Assembly: GCA_904063045.1 (NCBI GenBank)
Contig: CAJFCJ010000029.1
Location: forward strand, 310,001 to 374,000
Length of the DNA: 64,000 nt
Reading direction: 5' to 3'
DNA from: Dimorphilus gyrociliatus
Taxonomy: Eukaryota > Animalia > Annelida
A program made the position numbers and the translations under genes. Below are positions 14,201-24,986 of this stretch, piece after piece. Below the pieces are notes generated by a model that searched no databases, had not been told where the DNA came from, and saw only the letters and a program-made list of their open reading frames with translations. Numbering within the stretch: the first letter of the stretch is position 1; each line of letters starts with the position of its first letter.

Positions 14201-14331
14201 GTTGATGAAGGGTAGGAGAGTGTATGAGGAGAACAATCCGAAGCACCACAGCGACAGACAACGATGGAGGGGTTGGGCGACAAATGACCCGTCGATGGAC
14301 TGCTACATTGAGACGAATACGACTTATCCAT
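11267..14331 (-). CDS. KSR-like (Raf family, TKL) pseudokinase with Ser/Cys-rich N-terminus
   Basis: Exons 14331-14195, 14036-13953, 13259-12553, 12482-11656, 11513-11433, 11356-11267; phases consistent. Kinase fold: KECTIPYNDLEFGKLIRVGRRGETYRGRYYGDVIIH, IRHDNIALFMGAC, MGYLHARGI, SKNVFLE, DYG, YVAPE, DIYSFGT, CWYQKPEDR. These are KSR-type signatures with catalytic residues degenerate. Confidence 0.85.
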
Positions 14332-15811
14332 CGTCTATGGCGGCCGTCGACGTAATTTTGCTGAACGAGTTCATTTTTGTAGCAGATGTTCAACACGCAA
14401 CGTCAAGCAAGCCTATAGTAAGTTGTGCCTTGATGCACACATCGAACATTTGGAAATCGAATAAATATGCATAAGGTGCGTTTAAAGAAAACAGTCAAAA
14501 TAGGCTATATACTAACGGCTTAAATTGTCTTATAAGCATAAAAATACGTCCACTTCCTTTAGAGTTGTATTGCGGGGGTATTGATTCCATATTTTTAAGT
14601 CAAAACGATGACCTGTTTGATCGACATTGTTGTCAAATGTACATTGACGGACTATTTAGAAATACGAAGAGGGTCGCGTTGTTCAATACTGTTTATAGCG
14701 TTCAATAGTACATTGAACTGTTAAAAGTGTAGGCGTAAGATTCCTCCGATAGATGGCGAATAATAGATCTCCTCTTTCTCAATTATACAATAGAAAAAAA
14801 ATGTGAAACGATGCAGGGAAGGGTTGCAGGGTGATGACCGCAATTTCTCATGAACCTCAGATTTTTGGTAAAATGGGCTATATCAGGTTGCGGAAGAGGT
14901 TTTGACAAAAGATAATTGAAACGATAAGAGAATTAATGCATATTCTATTACAAATCACATTTACGTCGTTTTTTTAGTCTTAATACAAAGGTCTAGTGCA
15001 AATAAATAATACTAACCGCTTGTTGATAGATTGGAGTCCAAGGCCCATAACTCGAACGTCTAGTCAGCAAACCAGTTCGAAGGTGCGACTAACACAGCAG
15101 CGCCACCGAACTGCAATAACTGCAAGCAATTTGGATCCAGGCACGCCAAAGAAATTCTAATTGGCAAAGAGAAAAAAAATGCTATGTTGCACTTAATTTA
15201 CTCTCGAAATACTAAGTCTAATATTCTTCCTATGTTTCTTGTAAAAATAAAAAAAATACGCTATTTCTTTATTTTTATACTCAGTTGTCATTTGCTCAAT
15301 ACTGCTGCTCTATGATAAATCAATACGACCATAAATGGATCAGCCTCATTCGAAAAACGTTATGCTGTTCATTTCATTCTCCTGCAAGTTAATCCAGGGA
15401 CATGCCTCTAAATATAGGATAATTCATCAATAAATTGGCCTAAGCATTACAAACAGCTAACGCCCACGCTTCGTATGTTTCTGTCAAAGTGTCATTGGCT
15501 TCGCGAATTGTTGTGTTGAAAAAAAACACGTTTGTTACAAATTACGCAATTATCTTTTACAATTATTTTTCGTTACAATTTTTGAAGGCTAGTCAGCAAA
15601 TTCCGCTTTTCAAGTTTATTTCAGAATTGCATTAATAATGAGATTGTTGGCAAAAATGGGGCCAATAGTTGTAAAATAACGGAAATAATGCTGTTTAATT
15701 AACTTGCAAAGTCTAACAAGAAAACATTGAGGAGCGCACATGAATTAAGAAGAAAACATCATAAAACTCTGATAGGCAACACCTGAGAAAATTTGTTTTG
15801 GGATTTAACAG

Positions 15812-15861
15812 TAGATGGCGCGTTGTCTGTGATTTGTGAAGTTCTAATTACAAGATGGCGT
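15812..15861 (+). promoter_or_regulatory. Two CTCF/YY1-like motifs just upstream of PKG exon 1a
   Basis: TAGATGGCGC at 15812-15821 and AAGATGGCGT at 15852-15861. Confidence 0.55.
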
Positions 15862-15966
15862 TATGGGCCAAGTTAATGAATTGTTGGCATACAAAAGTTG
15901 GCCGGCCTAACGTTCCACAAGAGGCCGTCGTGTATAACGAAAAACAGTAGGAAGAAACGGCTGGAA

Positions 15967-16214
15967 ATGTCTTCCACTGACTTAAAAATCCAGCTGAAAA
16001 GGCGAGATGAGGAAATCGAGCAGCTAAAAAGCCGTCTAGCCGAAAAAGATGATGAATTGGAAAAGTTACGAGTACTTGTGGATCAGTACAAGAGTGTCCT
16101 GGAACCTTCGAGTGGTGCTACAGGTCCCCGCCAACGTGGCGTTGGGATATCGGCTGAACCACAAGCTAAAAATATCGAACAAAGGCCGCTTCAAGTGCAC
16201 AACAAAAGCGAAAG
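15967..16214 (+). CDS. PRKG1: PKG alternative first exon 1a (I-alpha-like leucine zipper)
   Basis: [34 protein letters not shown]...[14 protein letters not shown]...KSE; donor AG|gttagc, phase 2. Confidence 0.88.
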
Positions 16215-19200
16215 GTTAGCCGCAGTACGCGATTGTCATTGTTTCTGTTATAGTGCCGTCTGTATAACTATTCGTAATCATTTAAGAGAAAAATGTAGTT
16301 CTAAACTATTCGCCGTTCAAACCAACTTCTTCGACTTGAGCTGACTGGCATTGTGATTAATAATCGCAAACTGTTTACATTGTCAAGCAGTATTCTAGGT
16401 CGTTTTTATATCAATTGGAGCTTGTTCCGTTCGATAACGATTGACATAGATATTTTTGCGCTAAATGTAAAATACTCCAGACTAAACTGGAAGTGCACAG
16501 TTTTAAAAATAGAAAAAGTACGCGCCCCGCACAACTCAACTCTCCTAGACTTTTTCTCACCTTTCTTACGCCATCTTTCGGATGTTAAAAGCAAAATTCG
16601 CAGAAATGCGAGCTGACATTAACGCTTGAAAGGTGTCGCTGCAATCGAAGTTTGCCGATAGTTGGAAGAAGGATGGCGTATACCCTGCGAGAATTGCAAT
16701 TCGTCCTGCGGCAAAAGGTCGAAGAGATTGAACAACGAGACGAACTAATCGACGAGCTTGAGAACGAAATCGATAAGAAAGATGAGATTATAAATCGTTT
16801 ACAGAATGAGTTAGACAAATGCCGGAGTGTATTAAACACAAAAGTTTGCCAGTGTTCTTTTAAATCAGTAGATGAAAAACCAAGAAAGAAAAGAACAGCT
16901 ATATCAGCTGAGCCTCCAAAAACTCTTCTTTCTTTTCCTGCCCGTGTCCCAAAGGATTCCGCGTGAGTATCGAGAAAGGCTTGTACAAAGAAAAGTTAAA
17001 ATTGTAGAATTTGGAAAAGAATATAGTATGTCTACTACATTTTCCCGAGGTTTTTATTGTGTAGAATATCTAACTAATGAGAACAATGAACTTGAGAATT
17101 TTCTATGAGAGTATCTCAAAGAATGAAAGAGAAAAAAAGTATGGGAGGGGGGCTCATATATATAAGTAGAAAAAAAGATATCTAAGAAAAAATCACCAGG
17201 CCTCCATACTCCCGAAATTACCGCTTTTATTACTTCCATCCGCGTAACGGCTAGCAATAAAATAACTGTATTGGGTGGAATTTTTGAGTATATAGGTCTA
17301 AAGTATTTTACTTCAAGTACATACTTGACTGTCGGCAGCGTCGCTAAGAATTTACGAGACGCCGTTAGATGCAATGAGTTCATGAGTCGCTACGACGATA
17401 TACTAATATCGCAAATGGTTGATTGTATGAGATCGGAAACTCGAGAAGCCGATGAGGTTATTATCAAGGAGGGAACTTTCGGCGATAACCTTTACGTTCT
17501 TGAAGGTACAAGGAGATCTATTACAAAAAAAGATTGATCGCTTATTAGTTCGTTTCATCATTCACTATTATCCAGTTTTTGTGCTCTATTAAGCTGATCC
17601 TGAACGTTTACCGCCATTTAATTAGATAAATACTGCTTATATGAAAATTTCCACTTTTGCTGCTTTATGTTGTTTTTTTTTACGCTTTCAACAGATCGAA
17701 GGAGATAATCGGCAATGCAATACTGGATAATGATTTCATGAAGAATCTTGAAAAAGCTCAGATCAATGAGATTGTCGATTGCATGTATAAAATGGATTTT
17801 AAATCTGGACAAATGATTATTAAAGAAGGCGATGTCGGCTCGGAAGTATACGTTATGGAAGGCACGTTCATTATATTAGACGCCTTTACCTTGTTGTCAG
17901 TAGGGATATAATCAGCATGTTATCCTTATAAATACTAACATAAACAAGTGTGTAAAGGCGACTAATTGCTTTAGTTTTGGTCATTTCTCTATTGAGGGAA
18001 GGGACAGCAGCCTGTCATATTTAAATTGGGCTAAACCTCGAGAAATGCAGTGTGGTCAATTCGTCGATCGTTTTGATCATGCATCGTGTGACCACAAACT
18101 AATTTCGTTTTTGCTTCGAGCGCGCTTTATAAAATACAGAACGACTTTTCATTCCATTTGACTTTGTTAGCTGCCATATTCATCTACTTTCCTGCCAATT
18201 ACGTAATGTTTCCTTTTCTTGTTTTAAACATTTAACAGAGGGTCAAGTTCTCGTAACTAATAATAAGAAACTCGAGCGTAAAATGTCGGCCGGAAAAGTG
18301 TTTGGTGAATTAGCCATATTGTACAACTGTAAAAGAACGGCTTCTATTAAAGGTTTGTTTCCCTTTGGGAGTACACAGCTTTATTTCTAAATACATTTTC
18401 TCACGCCATTTTTTTCTAGCGATAACCAATTGTAAGCTATGGGCTATAGATCGGCTAAATTTCCAAAGTATTATGATGAAAACTGGGATGAAAAGACGAG
18501 AAGAGTACATCAAGTTCTTAAAAAGGTAAAAGCCAGTATATAATTAAACGTAATTTACGTCCTGTTCTACGATTCTCTCTTTCTTCTTTCTTTCACTCAA
18601 TATACAGCATTCCACAATTTAACAACCGCAAAGAGGAAACGCTAGGATCGATTGCCGACGTTCTAGAAGAAGTCCATTTTGAAAAGGATGAATATATCAT
18701 TCGACAAGGTGCCGTCGGCGATACGTTCTACATAATAGCTAAAGGACAGGTCAGTGTATATGTTTTATAGGCGTCCTAGATATTTTTTGTATGGATTTCC
18801 ACTATTGCCGAATGGACGGCGTCGTTAAACATATTTCGAACGCGACGTAATGCGGTTTGTCGTTCGAATTCTCGCCGGACTATGCGACTTCGTCGAAAGA
18901 ATTAACGTATATATCGATTACGCAATATAGGCGAAGGAAACTGAGGGTACCGGTTCAACAGAAAAGACGAAAAAAACTCTCAAAGTTGGAAGCTGGTTTG
19001 GTTTGGCCGCACTGGAAAGGTTTTAATAAGCGTGTGTTTTTTTTCTATATTTATATAAAAAATGTTTTTTGTTTTTTTTATTTTCACGCGAAACATTTGC
19101 AGTGTTTTACAGTTATATTATTTATTTTCCTCACTATCTCTATCTGTTTTTCTCTTTCACCTCCTTTCTGAAACTTCCTAGGTTCTGGTTACGAAAAACG

Positions 19201-22011
19201 GTAACAATAACGATGAACCTGATTTCAAACCGAAATTCTTGAAAAGGGGCGATTATTTCGGAGAGAGGGCACTCGAAAGGTATATTTTTCCCTGTCGAAC
19301 GGCCATTTCCAGCCATTATTTATCTCATTTTATCATTATCTTTTTTTCGGCTTTGTCTTATAAATTAGCTTTTCTTTTGAAACACAAAAAGAAAATTGGA
19401 AGTAAAAAAAAAAAGCAAAAAAATATTCCAGATTTCTTATTTTAATTTGCTGCTTTTTTGACGTTTTTTTAAAAAAAAATTAATAAGCTACAAACAACTA
19501 AGAAAGACAAGAAAAATATGTTTTTTTTTCTTTTTTTCTTTTGTTTTCTATAGGGAGGAGACACGATCTGCAAATATTATCGTCACTGATCCTAACGGAG
19601 TGGATTGCCTCCAATTGGAAAGAGAGTAAGTTTTTTACACTCTTTAAATATCATTCGCATAATAAATTGAATATACTTTTACAATACGGTCAATGTAGAG
19701 GGAGACGTTTACCCTTGAGACGTTTTCCTTCTTGTTTATACATGCTACTTCGTACAACCGTATATAATTTCCGGAGAGAAGCAGTGAAAATCTATTCACT
19801 CATTGGTCAATTGAGCAAGAAAAAATAACAGGGTTTTGACCTAAAGCTCAAATTAATTACCTATTAACGCTAAATTAGGTCTATTTATCAGCGACTATTC
19901 TTTGAGCCACGACCGTCGCCTAGTCGGTGATAGTTCGGCCTGATAAGCATAGAGTGGAAGGACAAACAAGCGCGTTTGTTAGACGCCGATAAAACCTAAA
20001 TCTATTAAATTGTCGTATTTTTTATTGCAGCGCCTATAAACAGATTATCAGCCACATAATATCGCCAACCGTACCTCGTATGAGATCGTTAGAAAGGTAA
20101 GTTGGCCAACAATCAATAGTCGGTTGTCTGCATTAAAAAAAAAAGAAGAAAACGTAACACAACAAGAGCTTAGGGAATTTTTTTTGAATAGTGGTCGAAA
20201 CGAATTCAGCGATATAAAACCTAGCGATTTATCGAGCTTGAAAACATTGGGAGTCGGTGGATTTGGTCGCGTCGAGTTGGTAAGCCATTAGATGGCGCCA
20301 CTCTGTCCTAATTTTCACGTAGGCCTATAATTTGGAAAAATATTTCACCTTCCTATTTTTTACATCTTAAAACTGAAGCCTTTTTTTCACACTAATTTAT
20401 ACTCTTTATGTTCTCTTTTTTTTTGTTTTCTACAGTTTTTTTTAAGTAGCTGACCGCTTCAAAAGACTGAAAACTATCTGAGAAAGTCGTGAATGCTATT
20501 TTGATTTGTATTAAATATAATATTCTCACGATTCTTGTATAGTTTTCACTTTTTCTACTTTCTATTATTATTTGTTTTTACTCTCTAAATTGTGTTGTGC
20601 ACTCTGTTTTTTCTCTATACTTCAGCGATTCCCCTGCTAGCCTAATTGGTATTCAACTTTCCAAGTTTAACTTTATCACAACCCTCGGTGTAGGTGGATT
20701 CGGCCGAGTAGATCTAGTAAGTGTCCTAGATATTGTAAACAAAAAAAAATAAGAAAAAGAAAAAAACTAATAAAATTCTTTTTTTCTTCTCTTCTTTGGG
20801 CAGTCTATTTTTCTCTTTTTAATCAAATATTTTCCTTTATTAAAAAAATATAAAGTAATAATAAAATCTTAAAATAACTAAATTAAATTGATAAATTGAC
20901 TTTTGTATATTTATACAACTTTATGAATATCTTATTATTCTTGAAAACATAAGATATTCTATATAAATATACAAGGAAAAGAAAACATTGAAAATAAAAA
21001 TTAAGTGTTGAGGGAATGTTTGTTATCTCTAAATATTTTTGCAGGTTTGCATAGGAAAGGATAAAGCAAAAACGTTTGCCTTGAAAAAGTTGAAAAAACA
21101 ACATATAGTCGATACAAGGCAAGAAGAGCATATCCTAAATGAAAAGAGAATAATGCAAAAAGCTCGATGCGATTTTATCGTTCGATTATACACAACCTTC
21201 AAGGATGCCAAATATCTCTATATGCTGTTGGAAGTTTGCCTGGGAGGTGAACTGTGGAGTCTACTAAGGGATAAAAGTCACTTTGACGATTCTATGACTA
21301 GATTCTATACTGCTTGCGTATGCGAGGCCTTAATTTACTTACACGGTTTAGGCATTGTATATCGGGATTTAAAACCAGAGAATCTTCTTTTAGATACGTC
21401 CGGTTTTATTAAGCTCGTCGACTTTGGATTCGCAAAAGAAATAGGACATGGGCGTAAAACTTGGACATTTTGCGGAACACCCGAATATGTTGCTCCAGAA
21501 ATCATATTGAATAGAGGTCATGATTTATCGTGTGATTTATGGTCGCTAGGAATCCTTATGTTCGAATTATTGACGGGAAATCCCCCATTCTCTGGAGCGG
21601 ATCCAATGAAGACTTATAATATTATTCTTAGAGGAATTGATGCAATTGACTTTCCTAGACGAATTACAAGACATGCGCAAAACTTGATTAAGAAATTGTG
21701 CAGGTAAAACTATATTAAATTAAAAAAACAAGGTGTAATAAATATGTATTATAAAATGATTCTTTGTTAATTTTTGCCTTAGGGATAATCCTACAGAAAG
21801 ATTAGGCTACGGAAGAGGAGGAATTAAAGATATACAAAAGCACAAATGGTTTGATGGTTTCAATTGGGAAGGCTTGAGAAGAAGATCCTTGAAACCACCG
21901 TACGTTCCGAAAGTTATGAGCGCGTCTGACGCTTCAAATTTTGATGAGTATCCTCCAGCAACCGAGCCAGAACCTCCAGATGATATTTCTGGATGGGACA
22001 AAGACTTTTGA
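15967..22011 (+). CDS. PRKG1: cGMP-dependent protein kinase type I-like, with four alternative exon pairs
   Basis: Exons [15967-16214 or 16673-16962], [17339-17505 or 17695-17861], 18239-18352, 18420-18525, 18608-18749, [18931-19019 or 19182-19279], 19554-19625, 20031-20096, [20192-20279 or 20626-20716], 21045-21703, 21783-22011. Leucine zipper plus ISAEP autoinhibitory site, two CNB domains ([14 protein letters not shown]; [10 protein letters not shown]), kinase ([40 protein letters not shown]), C-terminus SGWDKDF*. Confidence 0.96.
16673..16962 (+). CDS. PRKG1: PKG alternative first exon 1b (I-beta-like leucine zipper)
   Basis: [54 protein letters not shown]...[12 protein letters not shown]; donor GC|gtgagt, phase 2. 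Confidence 0.92.
17339..17505 (+). CDS. PRKG1: PKG alternative exon 2a (CNB-A N-terminal half, divergent copy)
   Basis: 167 nt, phase 2 to 1; [55 protein letters not shown]; donor gtacaa; weak pyrimidine tract. Confidence 0.8.
17695..17861 (+). CDS. PRKG1: PKG alternative exon 2b (CNB-A N-terminal half, canonical copy; GC donor)
   Basis: 167 nt, phase 2 to 1; [31 protein letters not shown]...[15 protein letters not shown]; the homologous donor is AAG|GCACGT. Confidence 0.88.
18931..19019 (+). CDS. PRKG1: PKG alternative exon 6a (CNB-B beta-strands and PBC start, divergent)
   Basis: aatatag| 89 nt |gtttta, phase 0 to 2; [29 protein letters not shown]; 3' end GCACTGGAAAG is almost identical to 6b GCACTCGAAAG. 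Confidence 0.72.
19182..19279 (+). CDS. PRKG1: PKG alternative exon 6b (CNB-B, canonical FGE)
   Basis: ttcctag| 98 nt |gtatat, phase 0 to 2; [32 protein letters not shown]. Confidence 0.9.
20192..20279 (+). CDS. PRKG1: PKG alternative exon 9a (kinase beta1 and glycine-rich loop)
   Basis: ttttgaatag| 88 nt |gtaagc, phase 2 to 0; [29 protein letters not shown]. Confidence 0.87.
20626..20716 (+). CDS. PRKG1: PKG alternative exon 9b (kinase beta1 and glycine-rich loop)
   Basis: tacttcag| 91 nt |gtaagt, phase 2 to 0; [30 protein letters not shown]. Confidence 0.87.
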
Positions 22012-22437
22012 AAAACTAGTTTCTGTGATATATTCGATAGCTTTAAATAGTTTACATAGCGGATCTCGATGCATAATAATTGATTTGAAGTTTCTTTGGT
22101 CTTTGTGCAGCTTGCTCTAAGCCCTGTTATATATCTCAGAAATTAACCAATTATTTGTGTACGATAAAATTTACTGGTACTACTAGTGCTATTAATAATT
22201 TCAGTGCCGTAATAAAGCCATTTAAAAGATTCGAATATCAAAATTCAATTTTATAATCTATTTTTATTTGATACTAGAGGGAGAGATTTTCACAAAAAAC
22301 AAGAAAATTTATTTTCTAGCCAATCAGAACTATAATTCATTGTTTCAAAAATAAATATATATCCACCTGTCTACGTATCTCTTAAAGATAAAAAAATCCA
22401 TTATCTATAAGACGAAGCAAGTAATAAATGTTTACGA

Positions 22438-22447
22438 GCGCCATCTG
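22438..22447 (-). promoter_or_regulatory. CTCF-like motif between the convergent PKG and RP2 genes
   Basis: GCGCCATCTG on + (CAGATGGCGC on -). Confidence 0.5.
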
Positions 22448-22794
22448 TTATACATACAATTTCCTGAAACAGACAATTTCTGCATGATTAATCATAGTAC
22501 TATCCTTTTACAGCAGGAGAAAAATCGTATTTTATGGCATTCCCAAAAAAATAACATTAGAAGTGAAGTAAATATGGAGGAAAAGATCACAGTAGGTCAA
22601 TGGCAGTTTTTTTTTCCTGTTCACTTGTACTAGTGATGTAGAAATAGTGGCAACAATAATGATAACTTTCTTAATGAGAACGATTGTAGTAATAATGATC
22701 TAAATAATGAAGGTATGGACATAGGAATACATATTAACAATCCTGCCAAATAATTGATAAAAGTCCCAAAAAAATAAATAAATGGAAATTTCAT

Positions 22795-24986
22795 TTAAAT
22801 CTGCATATTAGCGAAGCTATAAAAGAGTTCGATTTGGTAGGCAGCTGTTTTTGGATTCGTACTAAAGTAAACTAAACCCGTAGAACCGCGACTAACGTCT
22901 ATTAGAATTTCCTGGCAATGTTTTATAGAATCTTTACCATTATATTCTAATCCAATTACAGGTCCTTGACTGGCAGCCATGTCATAGTGACTTGAAGAGA
23001 ACATTTTTTTGGTGTCGGACGATTGCATAATAAATTCTCTTGTTAAAACTAGTAGGCAATGAGGCTATTAAGGGAAAAAAAGAAATCAAAATTAGATAAA
23101 CGTTTACACATTAACTTGCTAAATTGAATATCTTTATAGTTCCTATGTGATTTTTCTAGTTATTTCTTTTAATAAATATTTTCTTAAGTCTATAGAATAA
23201 ATCATAAAATTCAATATAGAAATGCATAGGATATCTTAAACATTTTATAAAAAAAATTCCTTTACAATTCAATAACGAGTCATTTTCTTTCTATTCAATT
23301 GAAAACTACAGAAAAGACTGCTAATCCAAAAAGATATTTTTGTGCTAAGAGTTATTAATTGCTAAAATATTCTTAATTGAAAGAAAAATATAATCACATA
23401 TAACGTAATTTAATTGCGATATATGCAGTATATCTATTATATCATATATTAGGATAAAAACACATGGAGATACTGCAAAGTAATCAATTTTACTCACATA
23501 TTTTTCCCTCATTTTTTCAACAAAATTTGAACAACGGTCATATTGTAGTCCATCATTAAACATGATGACTAAGCAACTGCTTTCATCGGCATTTTTGCAA
23601 TGAGATCCATATGTAAAAGGTATGATGCTTTTTTCCATTGAAAAATTTACCTCCACTTTGGATAAGACCTCTTCAGGCGGCAAAGGAACGTATCGACTAC
23701 AATCCTTCATATCGTCTGAATACATCAAAGAGTAACTAAGATCCCCACTATCTTCATTTACTCTATCCCAGTTATTATTATATACATTTATATTAGCTTC
23801 TCTCATATGATCTTCCAAGTTAGGGTAATAAGCTTGCAAACATCCAAATTTTGTTGCTGGAGATGATTCGATAACAGGTGGCGTTGTTGAACAAAGTAAA
23901 AGTTCTAGTTCCCTGCAATTTTTTGCTTTAAACTGCTGACAGGCAACCATTAATTTAATATTTTGGCAGTTTCGGCAGAGTACACTGTTTTATGTTTTAA
24001 AATGCATTATTTATCGCCTAAGAGTCAAAATGATTGCTGTTATTATAATTATCTTAGAAGTTCACCTATATTTAACGGCACCCACAAATAATCTGCAGGA
24101 ATCGCATTCTTCCAGTGATAAATGTGAAATATGATCCAAAATGTAGACGTTACAATTCTGATTAAAAAAAAACGTTATCATTAAGTTAATTAGCAAAGAG
24201 TATTTTTTTCGCTATTTTATATTAACCTTAATATTTTTTAAAATGAATTGTTCTCCGTTAATGCTACCTGGATATCGGACGATGCAATCGTCCGATATAT
24301 TCTCAACAGCAAATTCCTTTAATCTTTTCTTTCGTTCTCTGCAAAAAGCAACATTAAACTTTTTATAAAATATTCTTGCAAATATATTATATTTCTTTTA
24401 AAAAATCGTTCAGTTATATAAAACTAGACGTAGCAAATGCTGCGAAGGCAGCTCCATCTAACGAGTCGAGAATTTCCAGGCAAATCTAGGCCATTAGAAC
24501 CCTGGAAGGGCATGTATTTACCGTATGAGTCGCGGGGCCAACGACTGGTCGAATGAAGCAAAAGGTTGATGTTCTTCACGGAGCTTTACTTTTTAGCAGA
24601 CATCACATGCAGTATGTCACTTTTCCAGGTCTTGTTAAATGTTTAAACTACATTTTTGACTTTTGATTAAAAACACATCATTGCATATAACTTTGAGAGT
24701 TGCAAACTCTTGCACATATAAACAACATCATTGTATACTATTTGATCTTATTTATCTTTTTCAGTATGCAAAATCAATTTTGCAAAACAGTATAATCTGG
24801 AATTAGAATGGACTGGGTCGTAACTGGGTTTTTATAAATATTCTAGTAAAAATAATGTAGCAGAGAAATGAAATAGCTGAGAACAACGAATACTTACGCA
24901 GAGGAAAGACGTCTGATGGAGTGATTGGAAAAAGAAGAGCTCTCGTATGCATCCTCGTCCATACTCCGACTTTGTCGGCATCCCAT
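22795..24986 (-). CDS. RP2: RP2/XRP2 homologue (TBCC/CARP beta-helix Arl3-GAP domain plus NDK-like domain)
   Basis: Exons 24986-24898, 24338-24227, 24157-24066, 23984-23498, 23064-22795; phases consistent. N-terminal MGC acylation motif; PGSINGEQF, NCNVYILDH, ACQQFK, PVIESS, KFGCLQAYYP, DESSCLVIMF, GPVIGLEYNG and FYSFANMQ align with human RP2 segments. Confidence 0.9.

Noticed and set aside
15898-15966. N-terminal extension of PKG 1a in the ORF track
   Set aside because: It begins at TTG; the first ATG (15967) sits at the start of the zipper homology.
19777-19828. Possible alternative terminal exon ([16 protein letters not shown]) making a kinase-less PKG
   Set aside because: Acceptor is GAG with no pyrimidine tract; similarity to the hinge helix is marginal.
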